Source: Candidatus Brocadiia bacterium
GTDB taxonomy: Bacteria; Planctomycetota; Brocadiia; SM23-32
Assembly: GCA_046538485.1 (NCBI GenBank)
Contig: JBKHIT010000051.1
Coordinates: 1-37,439 of the forward strand
Direction of reading: 5' to 3'
Length of the DNA stretch: 37,439 nt
The notes under the pieces were generated by a model that was not told where the DNA came from, did not search any database, and saw only the letters and a program-made list of their open reading frames with translations. Of this stretch, positions 28,801 through 37,439 are shown piece by piece. The position numbers were made by a program, and so were the translations under genes. Position 1 is the stretch's first letter. Each line of letters starts with the position of its first letter.

Positions 28801-30634
28801 CCGTGGAGGTGGATATTATCGGCCGTTACATCATTGGCTCCGATGGTAAAAACGTCCCGCAGTTCAGCCGTGTTCGCGCTGGTAATTTCCAGGGACCCCA
28901 GAGCGGAATTGCTCCCGGCCGTATCCTGAAAAACAACATCGCCATCGCCCGCCGCGAGGCTGAGCGTATCATTGCTTCCCGCATCATCAAGTAGACCGGC
29001 GAAAGTAACGTCGTCCCCGGATCCCCCTCCGGTGGTAATCGTGGTCAGATCTCCCGGTATATACAGGTGAGTATGCCCATCGAAACGGAAAGAACCGCTG
29101 TTGCTCTGATACGTGTTTCCGGTCAGACGGATATCGCCAGCGGTCACATCCATTGAACCGAGCAGGTATATATCAGCCAGATCGGCTCTGGTTGCGCTGG
29201 TCACATTCAGAGCACCCAATTTATCCCGACCACCTGTGACGCCCCGCAGCTCCACATTACCATCCCCCGCGGTCAGAGTAAGGGCCCCACCGGAAGCATC
29301 TTCTATATTACCTTTGAAAATAATATCATCACCGGTTCCAGCACCATTCAAAATATTGGTTGCGCCTCCGGGCATAAACAGAACGGTATTTCCGTTGAAA
29401 AGCAACGATTGGTTGATACTGCGATATGTGTCTCCGTAGAGGCGAATCCAGGTCCCATCCGCTGTTACGTCGACCGGCCCCAGGCAATACACATCATGCA
29501 GATCCGTGGCAGACGAGCTGGTTACGGTCAGGCTGCCGAGCGCTGAATTGGCACCAGCCGCACTCTGTAAATCCACATCTCCACTTCCGGCCACCAGCCG
29601 GAGGTGATCATTGGTGCCCGGATCATCAACCGGACCGGTAAAGACAATGTCGTCTGCCGAACCGCCACCACCGGTCACGGTGAGCGTGCTGCCGGATTGC
29701 AACTTCGTTGTCCCATCGAATATCACATGGGAACTACTGCTCGTATAAGTCGTTCCGTTCAGATAGATGTTGTCGCCGTTCACATCAATCTTTCCGTTTG
29801 CCGTTACATTCTTCAGGCTTACATTGCCGGACGGTCCGGCGTTTAGCAGAATGCCATGAACTGAACCCGGATCCGCGATTCGCCCGTTTAAGGTGATGTC
29901 ATCTCCGCTTCCGCCCCCGCTGCTCACCGATACCGTTCCACCGCCCGCGCTCAGATCCACGGGGCCATTCAGATACACTCTGCCATAATTACTCCTGTAT
30001 GTGGTGTCATCAAGCTTTATTCGGCTCGCATTAACATCAAGTCTGTTTTGGGTAATCACGTCCTGAAGGCGGGCTGTATCCGTATGCGAGGTTACCAGAG
30101 CACCCAGCGGGTCTCGCCGCCCGGCGTCATCCATCAACCACACATCGCCCTCCCAGCCACCGCCGCCGCGTAGATTCCGCCCACGTCCACCACAGAGCCG
30201 CTGTGGAAGTAGATGCCCGCCGGGTTGGTCAGATACACGATGCCGTTGGCTTTCAGCTGGCCATAGATATCGGTGGCATTCCCACCGATCACCCGGTTGA
30301 GCGACCGGGCGCTGGAGCTGGGCTGGATGAACCGCACGAGTTCCTGTGAGGCAATATCAAAGTCCGAATACTCGATGATGCTGCCGTCGGAGGCGCGGAT
30401 CGTAGTGGTGTCGCCGCTGCGCTGAAAACTGGCCTCACCGCGGACGACGTTCTCCCCCTCCGGTCCTGCCTCAACCGGGGAAAACTGGCCGATGGCTGTC
30501 AGAACCAGAAACACAACACATACCGTCAATAATGAATTTCGCCCGCACGTCCGTTGAGAATACATAAATACATTTCCCGATGAAGAAGTATAGGAATCTG
30601 TTTCTAACTCGTTTTTATTCGGTCGGCTCATCAT
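25878..30634 (-). pseudogene. TpsA / filamentous haemagglutinin-like exoprotein, broken into four frames
   Basis: Signal peptide and TPS domain (LNRV-G...NG-VYLTNPAGI) at 30634-30165; frame switch into Gly/Thr/Asp-rich beta-helix repeats (ORF 30143-26346); further frameshifts at about 26405 and 26125; reconstructed stop at 25880-25878. Confidence 0.8.
27595..28060. repeat. Near-identical about 145-bp direct repeats, 318 bp (106 codons) apart, inside TpsA
   Basis: ccgagcgccgaattgcctcccaccgcgttctgcag... begins at both 27595 and 27913; peptide FTGLIDDPNSNDTLDLIAGAGDVNLQNAVGGNSALG occurs twice. Confidence 0.9.
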
Positions 30635-30649
30635 CTGGATTGTCTCCAA

Positions 30650-32614
30650 TCAATACATCAGCGTCAAACTGACGTAAATTTCATCATCACCACGTTCCAC
30701 GTCTTCACTTTTGAGGTCCCTCAGCGCCTGGCCCCATTCAAGTCTTGCATTGAGGTTCGACAGGATCTGAAGTTCCACGCCGAGACCCGCACCCAACAGG
30801 TCATCGTCGGTCTCGTAACTGAGCCGGTCGCTATTCTCGACCTGTGCCCAATCCACAAAAGCCTTCAGTTGAAGGTCCCAGTCAGGATACCCAAACGTGT
30901 GCTGCGGCGCCATTCGAAATGGACGACCCAGCAGTGGCACTTCCGGCGGGCTGGGGTTCGGGCGGAGGACGCGGGGTATGTGGAAACGATATTCCCCCCG
31001 AACAATATACACGTCGTCGCCAGCCACCGCCGACTCCGGATACCCGCGCACCGTGTACATCCCACCCGCCACCATCTGAGCCTGCGGCACAAGACGGTTG
31101 CTGAAAGAATACTGCCCCTTGAACTCAAAAAACATCTCATGGGCCAAGGTGGAACTCTCCGGACTCTCCACGTCTTTGAATTCGTTGCCAAAAATAATTG
31201 GTTCGAGGAAAAATGAGTGATAGGCGTTCCAGTGGGCCACCGTCCAGCGTTTATCAACGTTCAGACGTCCCAGTCGAGGCAATTCCTTCTCGTCGGTGCC
31301 AGCCCAGCTGGCAAGATTATACTCGATATCAAGATTTGCCCCTGTGCGCGCCAGGCGAGTCTGGCGTGCCAGCTCGATCCCCACAAAGGGCAACAGAAAG
31401 TCCGTCTTGCCCTCCAAGCCGAACAGATTGTTCTGCACGCGGGTGTGTTCGTACCGGGCTCCCCCCACCACGTCGATGAACAGCGGCCCGTTCTGATAGA
31501 TGTTCCAAGTCAACTCGGTTCCCGCATGCCATCCTTCCCCCTCGAACGCGTCTTTGGCGCGCCCGACCTCCGAGGCGGTATATTCGTTCCAGTTGCCGTA
31601 AACCCGCAGGTCCGAATAGAGCCATTTAACGGGACTCTGATACGATCCCACCAGAGCATTCACCTCATCAAACGTCGTGGTCTCGTAATCCAGACGCAAA
31701 ATATCATCACGACCGGTCAGCTGGCGATGCGTCAGACCGAAGCGCTGACGCCACTCGTCCGTTGATTCAGTGCCGGTATTGCTGAGCTGGGAATAAGCCA
31801 TCCATGGTTTGTTTTCCGCCACCATGTAATCCAGAACGGCCTGACCCGGTTCGTCTCCGGCCGAGACGGCCATGTCCACGTTCCGACCGGGATGACGATT
31901 CAACCGGTAGATGTAATCCGACACCTCTTCGATCCGTAGCAGATCACCAATCCACACAGGTGAACCGGTTCGTATGCGGTCGTGCAGGGGATTATCGATC
32001 CGGTTCTCCTCATCGACCCGCCCCCCCGAAGCGATAGTCCGCACATTGTCCACCTGCGTCGTATGCACCACCAGATGCAGGGTCTTATCTTTACCACGAC
32101 GGTCCTTGCCGGTGCGGCGCGCGATGTCCTCAGTGGACACCATCACGTAGACGCCCAGATAGCCTCGATCCTTGAACGCTTCCACCAGCTGGTTGCACAC
32201 CGTCCGGATACCCCCGGGATAGAACATTTTGGGACCGGCCGGCGGATTGCCCAGAGACCATATATATTTGTCCGTTCCTTTCTCTGGAGCACCCAGTCCG
32301 CCATCCACCCGTCCCAGTTCAATCTTCACACCATGAAGTTCGTCCAGTGAAAGATGGCCGCTCCGCTCGTAGCGATAACTGAGCGCGAACCGGCTGACTG
32401 GATATCGCACTTTTCTTGATGCCGTTTTCGCCCCTTTTTCATTCTGTGCCTGAGTCTCCCCCTTCCGAGAAGCGGCTTTTTCGGGTTGGGCTTTTCGTGT
32501 ACCTTCGTTATCCGACCCGGCTAATGCGATGCCCCGCACCACGGTTGAGAGCATCAGAACAACGAGAATGAGCATTTGGACAAAGAAATTACGATTCAAT
32601 TTTTCAATGAACAT
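30650..32614 (-). CDS. TpsB (ShlB/FhaC/HecB) outer-membrane transporter
   Basis: Signal peptide, POTRA-like region, SNTGT, GGMYTVRGY loop-6 motif, C-terminal aromatic beta strand; directly upstream of TpsA. Confidence 0.9.
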   Translation of the reverse strand: MFIEKLNRNFFVQMLILVVLMLSTVVRGIALAGSDNEGTRKAQPEKAASRKGETQAQNEKGAKTASRKVRYPVSRFALSYRYERSGHLSLDELHGVKIELGRVDGGLGAPEKGTDKYIWSLGNPPAGPKMFYPGGIRTVCNQLVEAFKDRGYLGVYVMVSTEDIARRTGKDRRGKDKTLHLVVHTTQVDNVRTIASGGRVDEENRIDNPLHDRIRTGSPVWIGDLLRIEEVSDYIYRLNRHPGRNVDMAVSAGDEPGQAVLDYMVAENKPWMAYSQLSNTGTESTDEWRQRFGLTHRQLTGRDDILRLDYETTTFDEVNALVGSYQSPVKWLYSDLRVYGNWNEYTASEVGRAKDAFEGEGWHAGTELTWNIYQNGPLFIDVVGGARYEHTRVQNNLFGLEGKTDFLLPFVGIELARQTRLARTGANLDIEYNLASWAGTDEKELPRLGRLNVDKRWTVAHWNAYHSFFLEPIIFGNEFKDVESPESSTLAHEMFFEFKGQYSFSNRLVPQAQMVAGGMYTVRGYPESAVAGDDVYIVRGEYRFHIPRVLRPNPSPPEVPLLGRPFRMAPQHTFGYPDWDLQLKAFVDWAQVENSDRLSYETDDDLLGAGLGVELQILSNLNARLEWGQALRDLKSEDVERGDDEIYVSLTLMY

Positions 32615-33243
32615 CGCAGGAACCTTCGAGCTACTTGAGAAACGTAGGGATCAATAAAGAGATGAGGAAAAGTGTTTATATTCTAATGGCACCGGCCGAC
32701 ACCGTAAAGCCAGCCCAGATCTCAGGAGTGCAGACAGTTGAGATCGACAGACTCCGTTCAGGAACATCAGATTACAACAACCAGCAATTCTCACAATCCG
32801 CGGCCTGGATCAACTAACCAGCAAATGTTCCCGCACCCAAGCCGATCAGATTATATCCCTATGACAAAGCAAAACGCGAAAAGAGAACACTGCCACGTTG
32901 GTGTGTGACTGCACCGCTCACTCTATAACGGGACTGAATCGATGCCAAGCCCTGCAGCATCAACCGGTAGATTCTTATCAATCCGGATATTGAGACGCCG
33001 CCCTCTTCCTGCTACATTACCATCAAGGTATTGATTTGTTCTGTTCATTTAATGCCACGGGAAAAAAGGCGTTCACTACGCGGTGCGTAAGCACAAAAGA
33101 AATCAGCACCCTCAACTAACTCAGGCCAGAATATAACCTTACGTCTCACGGCAGAAAGTAGGCTTCCCCGCCTGGCAGAGCGTTCTCTTACACTGTCTTC
33201 CCAAGTGCTGTCTGTCCTCACCGGATCGCCCCACTCCGGAATT

Positions 33244-33960
33244 TCAGTTTTGCCCGCGCTTGATCGGATCCCTCTGCAGAAACTTCCCCAGCTCCGGCCA
33301 GTAGTGGCGGTTGCGGTAGTAGTAGAGCCGGCTCTCAGGGTCGTATCTTCTGCCCTGGAACATATAGGCGTTCCCCACCGCGCTGGCGCTCCGCTCGTTG
33401 CCCTGATTGTCAAGGATCGTCGGCTCTCCATACGCACTATACCGGTATCTTTCCACCACTTCACCCGATTCGCCGGTTATCGCCCGCACGTTATACAGGT
33501 TGTTGGTGTGATAGTAGAACGTGCCCTCCTCTGTGGTCAGGCTGATCGGCTCGTCGATGTAATTCCCGTAGGTGTAGGTTTTCTCCACGCTCCCGCCTGC
33601 GCCTCGCTCCTCCACCACCTGCCAGCCGTCATACACGTAGCGCGTGGTACCGTTCAGCTCGTCGGAGTGTGTGACTTCCCGGGTTATCCGGCGGTTGTTG
33701 GTATCGTAGCTATATTCGGCCAGGGTGACGGTCGGATCATCGGATTCGCTCACCCGCACCAGCCGGTTCAGGGCGTCGTAATCGTAGTGATACCACCCGT
33801 CATCGATCAGGTTGCGCTTCGCATGGCTCCGCGCCCTCGCTTTGCTCGGGGAGTCGGCCGGAGGCCGACGCCTTCCTCCGCCTCGCCGGCTCCGGTTGCC
33901 GTTCTCATCGTAGACCGTCTGCAGGTCCTCGATCCTGTCACCCAGGTAATCCAGGGCCAC
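33244..33960 (-). pseudogene. RHS repeat-associated core fragment
   Basis: YDENGN, YDALNRL, YDGWQVVEE, YRYSAYGE, FQGRRYD-E--LYYYRNR-Y-P-LG-FLQRDP; lacks the N-terminal repeats and the terminal DPxG/toxin. Confidence 0.88.
33810..33899. repeat. 78-bp GC-rich palindromic insertion flanked by a 6-bp direct repeat
   Basis: GGTTGC at 33810-33815 and 33894-33899; hairpin GTCGGCC-GGA-GGCCGAC at 33853-33869; removal restores YDENGNLIDDG. Confidence 0.8.
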
Positions 33961-33984
33961 GCTGGCGCCTTTCTGGAGCTGGAC

Positions 33985-35517
33985 TTATTCCAGCGAACGA
34001 TCCAAAGCCCGGTAATTCACGGCCTCGCTGACGTGATGGGCTTGAATATCCTCCTGTCCACCCAGATCAGCGATCGTTCTTGCCACTTTCAGTATTTTCC
34101 CGTAGGCCCTTGCGGAAAGTCCCAACGACATCATGGCCTGTCGCAACAGCGCCTGTGCATCGCCCCCCACTTTGCAGTATTTTTTCATATGGCGCATCTC
34201 CATCCGGGAATTGCTGTAGAACTTTTCTCCCTTGAACCGATCCGCCTGGCGCCGTCTCGCCCCTTCAACACGCTCGCGAATCGCATCCGAACTCTCGGCC
34301 GGATGCTCCGTCGATAACTCCCGGTATTCGACCGGGGGGACATCGACGTGGATATCGATTCTATCCAGCAACGGGCCACTGACGCGCGACCGGTATTTTT
34401 TGACTTGCTTGGGCGAGCACGTGCATTCCCGCCGCGGATCGGTGTAGTAACCGCACGGACACGGGTTCATCGCTGCCACCAGCATGAACTGCGAGGGGTA
34501 AGTCACGGTGCTGGCTGCGCGGGAGATCGTGGTGGTGCCATCTTCCAGAGGTTGGCGCAACGACTCGAGTGCAGATCGGTTGAATTCAGGAAGTTCGTCC
34601 AAAAACAATACGCCGTGATGCGCGAGACTTATTTCCCCCGGACGGGGATTTGTGCCCCCGCCGACAAGTCCCACATCACTGACGGTATGGTGCGGTGATC
34701 GGAACGGGCGGATGGCAAGAAGCGGTTTCTTATCCGGAAGTTTGCCGCTGACGCTGTATATTCGGGTGGTCTCGAGCGACTCTTCGAAACTCAACGCGGG
34801 CAGGATCGTGCAGAGACGCCGGGCCAGCATACTTTTCCCCGCACCCGGTGGGCCGATCATCAGCATATTGTGCCCTCCGGCCGCGGCAACTTCGGTCGCT
34901 CGTTTCACGTTCTCCTGTCCGCGAACTTCGGAAAAATCGACCTCGTAATGCCTGGCCTGCTGAAAAATATCTTCCGCATCCATCTTGACTCCCTGCACGA
35001 GACGGGAGCCCTGCATAAACTCCACGGCCTCCGTCAGGTGTCGCACGGGCACTACGTGCAATCCTTTGACCACCCCGGCTTCGCTCGCATTATCTTCGGG
35101 AACGATCATGCCGCCGAAACCATTTTTCCTTGCGGCCAGAGCCATCGAAAGGCACCCTTTGACCCGACGAAGGCTTCCATCGAGAGCCAGCTCCCCAACG
35201 ACAACATATCGGCCTTCCACCGAGGGGGTAAAGGCATCGAGCGCTTCAAGAAGCCCAAGCGCAATGGGGAGTTCAAAGGCAGGCCCTTCTTTTTTCCGGT
35301 CAGCCGGCGCGAGGTTCACTGTCACAGAACGAACAGGGAAACGGAAACCGCTGTTTTTGAGCGCGGCTTTTACGCGGTCGGCGCTTTCCTTCACACTCGC
35401 ATCCGGGAGCCCGACGACTGTCATCCTGGGCATCGTCGCTTTGGCCACATAAACCTCGACTTCGACCGGGTAAGCCCCGATGCCGAAAACACCCATACTT
35501 TGAACTTTTGACAGCAT
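33985..35517 (-). CDS. comM: YifB/ComM Mg-chelatase-like AAA+ ATPase
   Basis: VGLPD--VKES-DRV, NLAPAD-KKEG, GPPGAGKSM, RPFRSPHHT, GEISLAHHGVLFLDE, AAMNPCPCGY, SGPLLDRID; ATG 35517 with AGGA RBS. Confidence 0.96.
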   Translation of the reverse strand: MLSKVQSMGVFGIGAYPVEVEVYVAKATMPRMTVVGLPDASVKESADRVKAALKNSGFRFPVRSVTVNLAPADRKKEGPAFELPIALGLLEALDAFTPSVEGRYVVVGELALDGSLRRVKGCLSMALAARKNGFGGMIVPEDNASEAGVVKGLHVVPVRHLTEAVEFMQGSRLVQGVKMDAEDIFQQARHYEVDFSEVRGQENVKRATEVAAAGGHNMLMIGPPGAGKSMLARRLCTILPALSFEESLETTRIYSVSGKLPDKKPLLAIRPFRSPHHTVSDVGLVGGGTNPRPGEISLAHHGVLFLDELPEFNRSALESLRQPLEDGTTTISRAASTVTYPSQFMLVAAMNPCPCGYYTDPRRECTCSPKQVKKYRSRVSGPLLDRIDIHVDVPPVEYRELSTEHPAESSDAIRERVEGARRRQADRFKGEKFYSNSRMEMRHMKKYCKVGGDAQALLRQAMMSLGLSARAYGKILKVARTIADLGGQEDIQAHHVSEAVNYRALDRSLE

Positions 35518-35804
35518 TGGTTTTCCTGTCCATCCGCCGGATAGCACTTGTCCCAAAACCAGTACTGTACTTACCGACAAATCCGTTTAAGTGCAAGTGC
35601 GTGTGGGATTTTTGGCCGAGAAATCGAACGGGCGAAATGTGGTCAGCGGGCAAGTCTGGTCTCCATCCTCTTAGTTTCAGGGAATATATTCTTCGTAAAC
35701 GGTTTGAGTTGAGCACACGCAACTGACAAAATGTTATTCTTTTAAAATAAAACAAGGTCGAAAAAACCGTCGTTTTTAATCCTGTCCCTTTATCCGGGGA
35801 GAAA

Positions 35805-37286
35805 ATGTCACAGCAAAAGCAGCCGAACATTCTTCTCATTCTGACCGACCAGCACCGCCTGAGCGCAGTCGGGGCTTACGGAGATACCCCCTGCCAGACT
35901 CCCAACATTGATCGTCTGGCCGAAGACGGTTATCGCTTCCAGACCGCTTACACAAGCTGTCCGGTCTGCAGTCCGACGCGCGGGACCATCATGACCGGTT
36001 TGTATCCACACGCTCACGGGATTTGCTCAAACGTCCACAATCTCGGTTGCAGCGTGCACGAGCTGGCTGATCGGCCGGGACTGCTTTCACGTCGTCTCGA
36101 AGCCGCCGGTTACCGTTGTGGATATTCTGGCAAGTGGCACCTCGGCACCGATCGCCAGGAAGCGTGGCACGCGCCGAACAACCCTTCCCTCCCGAAAGAT
36201 GTGGGGTTTGAAGGGCAAAATTTCCCCGGGCACGGGGGCGGCGGATTCCACTACCCCGAATACAGAGGATACCTTCGGGAAAACGGTTGGAAGCACGAAG
36301 TCGCTCCGCCCGACAAGGATTCCGTTGCACTAAGCCATTGCGGGATTTTGCAGGGTCCGATTGAATCAACGGTTCCGTATTTTCTTGCCGAGAATACGAT
36401 TTCTATGATCGACCGTTTTTCCGGCGATGGCGATTCGTTTTTCATCTGGCACAATTTTTGGGGACCGCACGGGCCTTATTACTCGACCGCCGAATTTTAT
36501 GGGTTGTACGAAGACGTTGAAATCCCGCCGTGGCCCAATTACGAATGGCCTGCAGGGAAGATAAATCGCCCCCATCGGGTCAAACTTCATGCCGACTCGG
36601 AGAAACTGGAATGGGAAAACTGGGCGGAAACGATCCGTTATTACTATGCTTTCACATCTCTGATTGACAGTCAGATTGGTCGGATGCTGGATCACCTTGA
36701 GGAAACGGGACTCATGGACGATACGATCGTGGTATTCACCGCTGATCACGGAGAGACACTGGGGAGTCACGGGGGATTGATTGACAAAGGATGGCATCGT
36801 TTTGAGGAGATTCAGCGCATTCCGCTTATCGTATGGTTGCCTGAAAAATACCGCGAGGAAGGCTTTTCCGCACCCCGTATCGTCCAGAAATGGGCCAGCG
36901 CCGTTGATATCTACCCGACCATAATCGACATTTCCGGTGGCGAACAGAATCCCGAGGAGAATCACGGCCGATCCCTTATGCCTGTTCTGTGTGGCGAGAA
37001 CAGCGAGTGGCGTGACGCGGCATTTGTGGAGTTTAACGGGGTCAATTCACTCGCGACCAGCATGGCAAGTGTCCGGGAGGGCAACTTAAAATACGGGTGG
37101 AACTGTTCGAACCAGGATGAACTGTACGATCTCGGAAACGACCCCTATGAAATGGAGAATTTGATTGATGATCCGGCGTATGCCGACTCCCTCCGGTTCC
37201 TGCGGCAGAAGATGGCGAAATGGATGGAGGAGACAAATTATCCCGGGATTCCGCGGAATATTTTTGAGAGCAACAAGCTCGGCTGA
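35805..37286 (+). CDS. Cys-type (formylglycine-dependent) sulfatase
   Basis: PNILLILTDQ, canonical CSPTR-TIMTG, GKWHL, GPH-PY, ADHG, DKG; GGGAG RBS. Confidence 0.93.
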   Translation: MSQQKQPNILLILTDQHRLSAVGAYGDTPCQTPNIDRLAEDGYRFQTAYTSCPVCSPTRGTIMTGLYPHAHGICSNVHNLGCSVHELADRPGLLSRRLEAAGYRCGYSGKWHLGTDRQEAWHAPNNPSLPKDVGFEGQNFPGHGGGGFHYPEYRGYLRENGWKHEVAPPDKDSVALSHCGILQGPIESTVPYFLAENTISMIDRFSGDGDSFFIWHNFWGPHGPYYSTAEFYGLYEDVEIPPWPNYEWPAGKINRPHRVKLHADSEKLEWENWAETIRYYYAFTSLIDSQIGRMLDHLEETGLMDDTIVVFTADHGETLGSHGGLIDKGWHRFEEIQRIPLIVWLPEKYREEGFSAPRIVQKWASAVDIYPTIIDISGGEQNPEENHGRSLMPVLCGENSEWRDAAFVEFNGVNSLATSMASVREGNLKYGWNCSNQDELYDLGNDPYEMENLIDDPAYADSLRFLRQKMAKWMEETNYPGIPRNIFESNKLG

Positions 37287-37439
37287 TCAGTTTGACAACG
37301 GTCAGCTGTCACAGCTAGCCTGCATCTTACGGATGCAGCCCACCGGCGGATCTCCCAGCAAAACAGCAGAACGACCAACGGCAGGTCCGCCTCAAGTCCA
37401 GTTTCGCCCGCTCAGTAGCGGGCTCAGCTGAACTCGAGT

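Noticed and set aside
33205..34317. 370-aa plus-strand ORF
   Set aside because: Antisense shadow of RHS and comM with no recognisable motifs; the same applies to other long antisense ORFs such as 7513-8331, 13240-13965 and 15051-15791.
37320..37423. Hairpins after the sulfatase (CTGCATC/GATGCAG; GCCCGCT/AGCGGGC) as terminators
   Set aside because: No U-tract on either strand, and the window ends before context can be judged.

Overview
Bacterial chromosomal window; gene content and protein styles suggest Planctomycetota/PVC (inference). Left part (1-10.1 kb, minus strand): a translationally coupled MoxR AAA+/DUF58/BatA-vWA operon with an embedded ABC transporter, preceded by a YbhB/YbcL gene. 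Middle (10.6-21 kb): Mut7-C RNase, a GH20-like hydrolase, a Thr-type sulfatase-like enzyme with a GT9 glycosyltransferase, a small multidrug-export protein, a membrane-anchored degenerate GGDEF-ComF/PRTase fusion and an AEC transporter. From about 21.0 to 34.0 kb lies a decayed accessory island: a candidate structured ncRNA, then an array in which about 450-bp remnants of a Y1-HUH (RAYT-like) transposase element with about 105-bp conserved, A-tract-phased inverted ends (terminal TGGTCCGACCC-like motif) alternate with cargo (orphan metalloprotease toxin-immunity pair, AbiEi/AbiEii), followed by a broken TpsA/intact TpsB two-partner secretion pair and an RHS fragment carrying an in-frame 84-bp palindromic insertion. 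comM and a canonical Cys-sulfatase close the window. Many genes throughout show clean internal deletions. All product calls come from motif recognition by eye; no database searches were run.
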